Shown in pieces: positions 24,201-35,115 of a DNA stretch of 64,000 bases. The DNA is taken from the NCBI GenBank assembly GCA_020137815.1, contig CM035360.1, positions 7,626,001 to 7,690,000 on the forward strand. The letters run 5' to 3'. The position numbers were made by a program, and so were the translations under genes. Each line of letters starts with the position of its first letter. Within the stretch, counting starts at the first letter, position 1. Source of the stretch: Hormiphora californensis. Lineage: Eukaryota > Animalia > Ctenophora. The notes beneath the pieces are model-generated. The model was not told where the DNA came from, did no database searches, and was given only the letters and a program-made list of their open reading frames with translations.

Positions 24201-26142
24201 CCGGGAAAGGGTTGAAATAGGAGAGGTAAGGAATGAAGAGTAATACCTGAACTAATTCCATTGATCCAATAGCGATATGTGAGAGAGCCTGACAGGCGAT
24301 CTCCCTCGTTCTTTCCCTCTTGTTATGCAGTAGAAACCTTAGCCGAGGAAGGGCCCTACATGACAGTGCCGCGTACTGAAGGGGAGGGACGTGGTGTAAT
24401 AATATAGAGGTTACAGATTTGAGATAGAACAGACCAACATGAAAAACCCAAACTTTACCTTTTTCTGTTCAAGGTTTCCATTTGTGAAGATGGCAGAGAG
24501 AGCCTCTAGAGCAACACATGTCACATCATCGCTACTGTGCATCAGCAGCTTCACTAACGTGTCACCTGGAAGTAAAGTAGAGTAAAAAGAGGGAGACTTA
24601 TTGGGGCATTTAGTTTCCGATACAGCAGAAATAAATTTGCGGGTAGAAAGCTAAATGACCGGTAATAGTGGACTATGAACATAAGGAGTCCGAGTGCAAG
24701 TGGCAGATTGCCCATGCAATTCCTGACTTCGACTTTTGTTGATTGAGGTCTGGCGTTTGAGGCCTGAATGTTCAAGATTTGTATACGATGTGAATACCCG
24801 AATTTACTGATTTTCTATTCCGTGATTTATTTTTACAGACAACTGCAAATTTGCTGTTCGTATGACTAGTTAGATTAAAGATTTAGAAGTTTGTATCCTG
24901 GTAGAGTGCTCGATCTGTTCCTATAACCATTGTAATCAACAACCCTTAACTTACATGCCCCTGAATCTAGAACCTCCTTGATACTAAGTTTGCACATATA
25001 CATAACACCCCAACAGGCATCCCTTAGTACCGCCTCGTTGTTACTCTTTATCAACTTGGCCAGCCTAGGTAGACACTCTTTAACCTGGGGGCACAGGAGA
25101 GAGGGGTGTTATTGATTAGAATTTAATTCGAAATGAAAGAAACGAATTAACTCATTGTCCCGAAAAGCATCGAACTGGAACCGAAATATAAGTCTAAGTC
25201 AAGTATTTTAACTCACAATTTCGAATGAGTCTGTGTATTGGCAAAGGTTAGAGAGGAGCCAGGTAGCTGTTTTTATCAGGGACTGTTCAGAAGTGTTGTT
25301 TGGTTTGTTGCTTTCACACAGTGAATCTGGGAGAGGTCGCGTTAGATTGGGTGAATGTTACAGTTAGTTAGAAAACTAGGAATGTTCCTCACCTAAAAGT
25401 CGAAGAAGGGGAGCCAGGGCACCAGCATGTAACACACAGGAACAGTTCTCGCAGGCGATATTAGCTAACAACCACGCTGCCTGAAACGCAGAGAAAGTGT
25501 GATGTTTAATAAACATTGTTTATACCGCAAAGTTATTCATGTGAACTAATCGACTTGATATTGTCTTACATGATCCTGTAGGTCGATACTGGGAGATTCC
25601 AAGAGAAGTGTCGCTATGGGAACCACCCCTGCATCAATAACAGCCCGGGTGTTATCCGCTGACCCTGCACTGATGTTAGCTAGGGCGTTAGCACTCTCAC
25701 TCTGTAACTTCTGGTCCTCTATGTGGGTGAGAAAGGAAGCCAAGAGGGGCACTGCACCAGCCTTCACAACTGCATCAATCACCTGATCGCTGTCCCATTC
25801 TAATTCCTTTGCTGGGGCTCGGAGGATTTTACTAACTTTAGAGGTTCCTCGAAATAACCTCCGCGAATCTTTTGACCTGCAAAAAAAGAGGAATGGTAAA
25901 AAGTGGGAAATATCACCCCCAAATCCCAATGACAACGATTACCACCGCCCTCACCATTTCCATCTCCCTCTCCCTCTTCCCACCATTACCACCCCCTCAC
26001 CATTACCAACTCCCTCTCTCTCTCTCTCACCATCTCCCTCACCATTACCACCCCCTCTCCCTCACCAACTCCCTCTTTCTCACCTCAGATCCTCCATAAT
26101 CTGGTTGATTCGCTTTCGTAGTGCTCTACTTTTAGTTGGCAT
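21259..26142 (-). CDS. Importin-alpha-like ARM-repeat protein fused to a BC/SOCS-box-like motif, TPR repeats and a Gln/Pro-rich tail
   Basis: Exon 1 MPTKSRALRKRINQIMEDLR; ARM IDAVVKAGAVPLLASFL..LQSESANALANISAGSADNTRAVIDAGVVP; VPSLKRLCRRKV; TPR RYQEAAKRYSEAL..LLNRTGCNMKLQMWPDVIQDC..RASAYEKLGMYQNALDDY; ends RKRVDRPKQVET*. Confidence 0.75.
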
Positions 26143-26336
26143 CTTGTCGCTCAAGTAATTTCCATCAACTATAATTGTCACTATGTACCAGGAATCAGGA
26201 TGTATACAGGTTAGATTGGGACTGAGTGATTGAGAGAATCAAGTCAACACAAAACAAACTAGAAAATATTCCCATTAAGATCAAAACGTGCAACAAAGTA
26301 AAAAACATTCAAAATATACATAACAATTCTTAAATC

Positions 26337-27190
26337 TTAGTCCGATGCAATTGGTCGATCATAAACATCAATCTGCTCTCCTGATGTATAGTTATTGTCC
26401 GCTAAAATCTTTAGCATTTTTGCAGCACTTTCATCAGTGGCTATCCAAGGTTCGGATTGGAAAAACTGTCGGATAGAATCGGAGTGAGTGTTTTTAGTGA
26501 TATCATCTGTCATGGCTGACTTCATGGCTCCTGGAGACCAGTTTAGGACCCGGATATCGGGATTCTCAGCTGCTAGCACCTGAGGGGAGGGAGGTAATCC
26601 AGTGAACAAACACATGCACTTTATAAAATTTAAAATGAAAGTGGAACTTTCAACTGATAGTTAGCTAGTTGTTAGAATCTTACCTTATAGGCCATCATCC
26701 TTGCTGCCTTGATGGTACAATAGAATCCCAGAGATGGCATTGGTTTAAGGGATGCTAGACTGCTAATGTTAACACACACTCTCCTCTCTACCCCCTGGAA
26801 CCTCTCTAGGAAGACACTGGTCAGAACTTGAAATGACGTCATATTCAGGAACATGTAGTTGTCCATGTATTCCACATCTCTAAACTCTGCCATCTTGTCT
26901 CCTGTATTGTTTGCTGTTGCGTGGTTGTTTATCAGGACTGTCTCCTCGTACTTTATATCAGGTGCTATATCACATATCGCCCCACACCTCCCCTCCAGAC
27001 CCTCACGGGCACTAAAGTCCACTGAGATGGGAAACACAGCTGCTTTGAACCCTTCAGTAGCACACTTCACCTCATCAACTCTACGAGACACGGCGATAAT
27101 AGTGGCTGAGTCAGAGTGAAGGGTGTCTAGCTGGCGGAGAATGGCAGAACCAAATGCGCCACCTGCCCCTGTCACCACAAAGAGCTTCAT
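26337..27190 (-). CDS. SPR: Sepiapterin reductase (SDR family), copy A, 2 exons
   Basis: VVTGAGGAFG, LINNHA, VNISSLASLKPMPSLGFYCTIKAARMMAYKVLAAENPDIRVLNWSPGAMKSAM..YTSGEQIDVYD. Confidence 0.9.
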
Positions 27191-27408
27191 TGGCTAACAA
27201 ATAGAGTAATTAGGGAATGAGTTGACAATAGAGAGGATAAAATACACGCGAGATTATAGTTGGTTAATCATTGAATTGAAATAAATTTAAAATTAAAGAA
27301 TTTTATAAAATGGAGATTTAAAAACAACTGTGGGCTAAAAATAAACAGGGCCTCTTCTTGTTCAGACCCTTTCTCAGACATGACTAGTTTAAAACTTCCT
27401 CTCTAGCT

Positions 27409-28428
27409 TTACAACAAGGCAGCAATGGTAGCATTACGTCTCAGACTGTTAACGTTAACAAAACCCTGACACCCAGCCACTGGACACCTAACATTGATAG
27501 ATCTAGTGTTCTTTATATGAGACAAGATAGCAGGTCTATCGTATGTATGTCCACACTGGTTTTCCACTGGATCCACCATTAGTTGCAGAGTAATGGGACA
27601 CTTTAGAGACTGGGTAGCCATGGCAAGTGCAATACCATCCTCTTCTAACTGGGCATCTAGTTGCTGGTTGGTAGTTGTGTGGGTTTGGGCAGGGGTCACA
27701 GCACCCAACACTGCTGCCTGGAGGGGAGAGTGGAGTTAACTTAGTCACAATAACTTGACTTGTTCAGACGTTCACTTCCATGCTAGTACGAGAAGAACAG
27801 TTCAGCCAAAACATACTCACAGCAATGAAAGGATAGCTAACTGGTAATTGAGATTCTAATTAATTCATTACCTGAGGTTCTGGTTCCTCTGCTACTGCCT
27901 GCTCATAAGACTCAACATAAGAGCTGCCCAATGATGTCACTGCGTGGGTGTCTGATATCCCGAGTAGAGCTTTACTCTTGGCAAAGTTAATGGCTTTCTT
28001 CTGGGACTCCAATCTGTACTGAATACCTGGAGAAGAGAGGAGGTTAGTTTGGAGGGGTAATGATGGTTTAGCATGGCTCAGTCTTATAGAACGTACATTG
28101 TAGCTCTTTGTAGACGTTCTGTAGTTCCTCTACATCCATATCTTGCTCTAACATGACCTCCATCATTTGTTTCTGAAACAAGTGGTGGGTATGAAGGAGT
28201 GAGAAGGGAGTGTGTTAGGAGTTGGGTTAGGCAGGAAATAGTCCCAGGTAAAAGGGGTATTATATCTGGATTACTAGGACATGTACATTGGATGTCCTAG
28301 AAAGATCAGGAAGGTGTTATCCTGCTACTAACCTGGTCCTGTAGAGCAGTGGTTATCCTGTTAACTCCCATCGTCTGCTGATTACTGTCCATGATACCCA
28401 GGTGTGTGGATATTGTCTTTCTGTGCAT
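27409..28428 (-). CDS. NSMCE2: E3 SUMO ligase NSE2/MMS21 (SP-RING), copy A, 4 exons
   Basis: C-terminal SLKCPITLQLMVDPVENQCGHTYDRPAILSHI..VRCPVAGC motif; N-terminal helical exons splice in frame from ATG 28428. Confidence 0.85.
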
Positions 28429-29138
28429 CGCTATAACAACAGGGGTTAGAATGAATAGTGTATGTGTGTGAGAGGGCAGGTGTTCTAGTGAGAGTAGTGG
28501 AATGTTAGAGGGACGATAATCCATGTGATGGTCCAGGAACAGAAGGGTAGGAACACAAATAATTCATTCTAGCTTAAAAACTATTTCATAGTCAAATCTG
28601 AATCTTATGCTACACATTGAACTCTGATGAAAACCAACAACAAAACGAATAAATTAACAAAATGCCTCTAATTTCCCGGTGGTATTTCACTTGATGTGAT
28701 ATCCTGTGTTTCTGTCACAGTGTGACATTCTACCTCCTGTACATCACCACTGAGATAGCCATCAGTTAACATTGACACCAGGGAACCAAATCCCAATGAC
28801 AACAATCACCCACCATTACCACCCCCACCCCCTCTTTCTCACCTCAGATCCTCCATAATAAGGTTGATTCGCTTTCGTAGTGCTCTGCTTTTAGTTGGCA
28901 TCTTGTCGCTCAAGTAATTTCCATCAACTATAATTGTCACTATTAGGAGATACAGGTTAGATTGGGACTGAGTGATTGGGAGAATCAAGTAAACACGAAA
29001 CAAACTAGAAAATATTCCCATTAAGATCAAAACGTACAACAAAATATTTTAAAAAAAAGATAAGATATTATATCTTGTTCCAAAGTAAAAAAACATTCAA
29101 AAAACATTCAAAATATTATACATAACAATTCTTAAATC

Positions 29139-29996
29139 TTAGTCCGAAGCAATTGGTCGATCATAAACATCAATCTGCTCTCCTGATGTAAAGTTATTGT
29201 CCGCTAAAATCTTTAGCATTTTTGCAGCACTTTCATCAGTGGCTATCCAAGGTTCGGATTGGAAAAACTGTCGGATAGAATCGGAGTGGGTGTTTTTAGT
29301 GATGTCATCTGTCATGGCCGACTTCATGGCTCCTGGAGACCAGTTTAGGACCCGGATATCGGGATTCTCAGCTGCTAGCACCTAAGGGGAGGGAGGTAAT
29401 CTAGTGAACAAACACATGTACTTTATAAAATTTAAAATGAAAGTGGAACTTTCAACAGCTGGTAGTTAGCTAGTTGTTCGAATCTTACCTTATAGGCCAT
29501 CATCCTTGCTGCCTTGATGGTACAATAGAACCCCAGAGATGGCGTTGGTTTAAGGGATGCTAGACTGCTAATATTAACACACACCCTCCTCTCTACCCCC
29601 TGGAACCTCTCTAGGAACACACTGGTCAGGAACTTGGAATGACGTCATATTCAGGAACATGTAGTTGTCCATGTATTCAACATCCCTAAACTCTGCCATC
29701 TTGTCTCCTGCATTGTTTGCTGTTGCGTGGTTATTTATCAGCATTGCCTCCTCGTACTTTATAGCTGGTGCTATATCACATATCGCCCCACACCTCCCCT
29801 CCAGACCCTCACGGGTACTAAAGTCCACTGAGATGGGAAATACAGCTGCTTTGAACCCTTCAGTAGCACACTTCACCTCATCAACTCTACGAGACACGGC
29901 GATAATAGTGGCTGAGTCAGAGTGAAGGGTGTCTAGCTGGCGGAGAATTGCAGAACCAAATGCGCCACCTGCCCCTGTCACTACAAAGAGCTTCAT
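29139..29996 (-). pseudogene. SPR: Sepiapterin reductase copy B with an apparent +1 frameshift (pseudogene or assembly error)
   Basis: Near-identical to copy A but reads TCAGGAAC versus TCAGAAC at ~29629, which splits the ORF (29574-29996 / 29432-29620). Confidence 0.6.
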
Positions 29997-30206
29997 TGGC
30001 TAAAAAATAGAGTAATTAGGGAATGAGTTGACAATAGAGATGATAAAATACACGCGACATTATAGTTGGTTAATCATTGAATTGAAATAAATTTAAAATT
30101 AAAGAATTTTATAAAATGGAGATTTAAAAACAACTGTGGGCTAAAAATAAACAGGGCCTCTTCTTGTTCAGACCCTTTCTCAGACATGGCTAGTTTGGAA
30201 CTCTCT

Positions 30207-32522
30207 CTACAACAAGGCAGCAATGGTAGCATTACGTCTCAGACTGTTCACGTTAACAAAACCCTGACACCCAGCTACTGGACACCTAACATTGATAGAT
30301 CTAGTGTTCTTTATATGAGACAATATAGCAGGTCTATCATATGTGTGTCCACACTGGTTCTCTACTGGATCCACCATTAGTTGGAGAGTAATGGGACACT
30401 TCAGAGACTGGGTGGCCATGGCTAGTGCAATACCATCCTCTTCTAACTGGGCATCTAGTTGCTGGTTGGTAGTAGTGTGGGTTTGGGCAGGGGTCACTGC
30501 ACCCAACACTGCTGCCTGGAGGGGAGGAGGAGTTACAAAAACTTGACTTGCTCAGACGTTCATTTTCCAAGCTAGAACGAGCAGCTCAACCAAACAAATT
30601 TGATTCCAGTATGAATAAGAAGATAAGATTCTCCAGGGGATGGGGAGGTTGACATGTATTACCTGAGGTTCTGGTTCTTCTGCTACTGCTTGCTCATAAG
30701 ACTCCACGTAAGAGCTTCCCAATGATGTCACAGCGTGGGTGTCTGATATCCCGAGTAGAGCTTTACTCTTGGCAAAGTTAATGGCTTTCTTCTGGGACTC
30801 CAATCTGTACTGAATACCTGGAGAAAAGGAGGTTAGTTTGGAGGGGTATTGTCCCACAATGAAATGTAATGATGGTTTAGCATGGCTCAGTCTTATAGAA
30901 CGTACGTTGTAGCTCTTTGTAGACGTTCTGTAGTTCCTCTACATCCATATCTTGCTCTAGCATCACCTCCATCATTTGTTTCTGAAACAATGGTGAAGAG
31001 TGAGGAGGGAGTACAAGTTTTACAAGTTTTACAAGTTTTTGGACAAGTTTTAAATAGAATCAGAGATCGGTCGCCCGATCCCCAAGATACACAATAAATA
31101 AATAGTAGAAAATGATTGGAAAACCAACTCTTTTCAGACACACTCAATTGCTCCACCCCTCATAATGTACTGTCTGGGATTGTCTTTGCAGATTCTCTGT
31201 ATCGTCTCTAGCGTCTTTCTTCTCTCCAACCACTCCTGCAGAGTTCTGTCAGGTGCGAGGTATACCCTGCTGTATGTAGGGGAATTCCTCAGCTCCCTGG
31301 CCTTCCGCAAGATATTGGTAAGACTCTCTCTGGAGGCGAGAGTAGCCCGAACAGGTCTTGTGCGACCCTCTGTCTTTACACCAACCCGGGTACATGAAGT
31401 GAAGGGCGGCTTCTCTCCTAATTCCTCCAGGATATTGGTAACTGCAGCCTCCAAACTAGAGTCCTCTTCCAGCTCACTCAGACCAACTATCATCAGATTT
31501 TGTTGTTTCCCCGACTCATCTGCCGACTGCTTCTCCCGGGAACTCACGAGATTGAGTGCTGCCTTCAATCGCGGTAGTGCGACTGCTGCAGCACAATTTC
31601 TCGACACTACGGTTGACCATGATTTAAGGTCTTGTTGCACAGTTTCCGTGATGTTGCCCACTCTCAAGTCCTGCAGTTCAATTACCTTCTTTGGAAGGAC
31701 AATAACTTCTCTTTGGCAGTCAAGCAGTTCTTCCTCAAGACTCTTAGTTTCCTCGGCGTTGATTCCACTGGAACAAGAGAGGTTGATAAAGTCCCCATCC
31801 TTAGCACTGGCAGGGATGGCCGTCACGTTAGCAACCTCACTGTACTCCACTTCCTCCTTCTTGGCAACACAGGCTAGCTTTGGCAGGCATTTCTCTATCA
31901 AGATGCTGAGAATTTCGGATGTGTTTTGACAGAGATGTTCCAATTTCTCCTCGGTTCTCAAGTCTCCTTCTTTCACCCACATATTCCACAACTCCTTCTT
32001 AGAGATGCCTTTGATCACATAGCCCCGGCGAGCTTTATCAACCCATGTAGACAGGGGCCAGTCCTCACTGTTTTCCTCATCCCCTGCAACATTAGCAAAG
32101 AAATCCGCCCAATCGACAATCTCCGTTAATAACTTTTTGGTGTCAATAACACCCGGTGCAGGCAGGTACTGGCCATTTTCAATTTTCATCATGCTCATAC
32201 TCCATGTAAGAACAAGGCAAGATCAGGACAGGTGAGACGAGCAAAAAAATCGAGATAAGATAGGATCAGTATGTTAGGAGGTGGTGGGGTTAGGCGGGAA
32301 GAAGTTCCTGGTAACAGGTGGGTACCAGATAGACGAGGAATAATATTATAATTACTAGGGGGTGACATTGGGCAAGAGGTTGTCTTGCAACTAAAAAGAT
32401 CAGGAAGGTGTTATCCTGCTACTAACCTGATCCTGTAGAGCAGTGGTTATCCTGTTAACTCCCATTGTCTGCTGATTACTGTCCATGATACCCAGGTGTG
32501 TAGATATTGTCTTTCTGTGCAT
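30207..32522 (-). CDS. NSMCE2: NSMCE2 copy B; intron 1 carries a retroelement
   Basis: Same four exons as copy A and an identical last-exon peptide; ATG at 32522. Confidence 0.8.
31014..32267 (-). mobile_element. ORF1-only CR1/L2-like non-LTR element (354-aa ORF at 31134-32198)
   Basis: Absent from the paralogous intron in unit A; AGTA duplicated at both ends. The ORF has a coiled coil plus NLMIVGLSE..RVGVKTEGRTRPVRATL..LRKARELRNSPTYSRVYLAPDRT, typical of LINE ORF1p. It has a 3' hairpin GATCGG-TCGC-CCGATC and an (AAAACTTGT)3 tail. Confidence 0.85.
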
Positions 32523-32766
32523 GGCTATAACAACAGGGGTTAGCATGAATAGTGTATGTGTGAGAGAGGGCAGGTGTAGTGGAATATTAGTCATCATGTT
32601 AGAGGGACAATCATTCAAGTGATCATGGTCCAGGAAGGGGAGGAACACAAACAATTCATTTTAGAATAGTGCTTAAAAACTATTTCTTAGTCAAATCTGA
32701 ATCTTATGATACATATTGAATTCTGATGAAAACCAACAAAAAATCGAATAAATTAACAAAATGCCT

Positions 32767-34309
32767 CTAATTTCCCGGAGGTATTTCACTTGATATGATA
32801 TCCTGTGTTTCTGTGACAGTGTGACATTCTACCTCCTGTACATCCCCACTGAGATACCCATCAGTTAACATTGACACCAGGGAACCTAACGGGTTCATTT
32901 CCTCTGTTTCACAAGACACCACATCTACAACATCACTATCCCAATCTCCACGTGATGAAGCTGATATTGCTGGTACAGTCTTCCTGTTTAGTATCCGTTT
33001 ATCTCTCTGCTCACCCTTTAGACCATGCATTACCTCAATGTGTTTCTTAACGACAGCAGCAGACCACGCCGCAAACTTGCACACAGCACACTCGTACCTT
33101 GTCTGTTTGAAGTGTCTGGAGGCGGCATGTTTCTTCAAATCGTGGGCTGAGGAGGCTGCGTAGGTGCAATGTTTACAGCTGTACCTCTTCATGTTCATGT
33201 GTATAGCCTCGACATGTCGGGTAAGGGATCCCAGCTGTGTGAATGCTTTAGGACACTGTTTGCAGGTGTATTTACTATTATCATGTACTGTCTTTATGTG
33301 TTGTAGCAAGTAGTCCCTTCTTGAGTACTCTTTATCACAGTGTTCACAGCGGTGTTGTCTCTGTTGTCCAATGTGTATGTTCAGGATGTGTCTCTTTAGG
33401 TTGGCAGCGTTAGTAAAGGATTTCTCACACTGGTTACATTTGGCAACGCTGCGTAGTTTTCTTGGTTTGTAGATCGATTCTTTACTTAGGTAGTCCTCTT
33501 TGTTAAGCTCTACATAAGTTTTTCGACGGATGAAGGGGCCAAACTTAGGGTCGGTCAGACAGCTACCGTTCGTGGGTCTCTGAAGGGGAGATAATCGTAA
33601 TTTCAGGAAGTTTAATACAGATAGAAATACACACATACAGATAGAAATACACACCTGTTCGATTGTCTTGACCTGTCTGAAAACCAGGGATTTGATAGGG
33701 ATCTGTTGGTTAGTTAGATAAGTCAGTTCTGATTGGGGAAGTTGAAGGATGGGAGTTATCTTTGTGCCACTATCGTCCTCTTTACTTGTTTGTGAAGGCT
33801 CCTCCTTTGGTAAAATACCCTGATCCTATAAATAGGGTGGTAGAGAACAAAAGATAATCAAAAGTTGCATTGTTTTACCAACCTCTTTCTGTGGTACTGC
33901 AGTACTGTAAAGTGAATCCTCTGGTACTATCTGCAGCTCCATGGGTGTCATGACTCCTTCATCGGAGGGCAGTTGCAGAGTCACAACACCAGAGTCGGAT
34001 TTGTTAGAAAGTAGAGCAGAGAACTGTTCGTGAGTCAGGGTGATGTTACCAAGTGACTCGTTTTGTAATCCTACAATCCTCATTTGGTTAACAGGCTGAT
34101 CAGCCTGCAAGTTCTCAGGTACCCAGTTTACCTGTTCTTTGCTCTCAACCTAGGATAGAAGTAACACTTTATACTATACTCTGCCTAACAACGGGCCGAT
34201 GAATTGTGCTTTGAGGTTGTTTACGTACTGTCGCCTGAGGTATAAGTTGAAAGATAGTTTCATTCTGAGAGGGTCCAGGAGCTTCATCATGTTGCACTTT
34301 CTGGGCCAT
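32767..34309 (-). CDS. C2H2 zinc-finger protein (5 fingers)
   Basis: CNQCEKSFTNAANLKRHILNIH, CEHCDKEYSRRDYLLQHIKTVH and others; upstream exons from MAQKVQHDEAPG. Confidence 0.85.
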
Positions 34310-34399
34310 CTACTATAACATAAATTCTTGAGATGTAGACAAAGCCCCGTCCACGGATTTTTGAAGACAGAAGAATTACATTTACGATTTACGAAGGCC

Positions 34400-35030
34400 A
34401 GTTAAAGACAGTAAGGAAACTAAGGACGAAGATTAAGGCGATTCAAAGATAGCCGAGAGATATCATAATCCGGTGATATCCTTATTTATCTCGCCTTGGA
34501 TGATTTTGACGCTTTGGGATTCAAAACGCTACTCTCGATCAGCTAAACTGGCGTCAAATCAGTTCCAACACACTTTTTACGAACGTGTCGATACAGTTGT
34601 GTGAGAGAGGCACCAATTCTATCGATTCATTGGTCGTTCTTGGCGACAGACGTCCTTCGCAGCACTGAGGAAACCGGAAAGTAGAAACTAGAAAGAGAAA
34701 AGCGAAAGTGATTTTTCTTGTTTTGGTTTTTCTGTTTTTTTGAGGTATTTTTAATTTTGATGAAATTATTATTGCGATGCATTCTAATGGCGCGCACCTT
34801 AGCGCGCGTCAAAATAAGAAATGAAGGAAAAAAAATTACAAAAATCAAAATTCCGGATTTTGCAAGAATAAAAAATTCCGATTTTCATTTTTCAGCCCGT
34901 TTTGAGGTTTAATCCGGCGCCTCAGTCTTTTACTGAATGATACGAACTTAATTAAAGCGCTTCTCAATATTCTTCAACCCTGTTCTTAAATTTTAAGCCG
35001 AAATATCAGGTTAATTTTGACTTTTCTCCG
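34400..35030. promoter_or_regulatory. Putative bidirectional promoter between the divergent ZNF and NPEPPS clusters
   Basis: CpG-rich, with GGCGCGC/AGCGCGCG motifs in A/T tracts, located between head-to-head genes. Confidence 0.5.
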
Positions 35031-35115
35031 TACCCAGGTCTTTTTAACGTCCTTCAAATCCGTCTGATGACTGATATCGAGTTATATTGGTTAACTAAGA
35101 ATTGTGTTATAGTTT

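Larger units (their letters stand above)
25921..32886. repeat. Tandem segmental duplication (unit A 25921-28787; unit B 28788-32886, including a LINE insertion)
   Basis: Both units carry exon 1 of the ARM gene, SPR, NSMCE2 and the 3' tail of the ZNF gene. The junction GGGAACC|AAATCCCAATGAC at 28787/28788 has CC microhomology. Confidence 0.9.
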
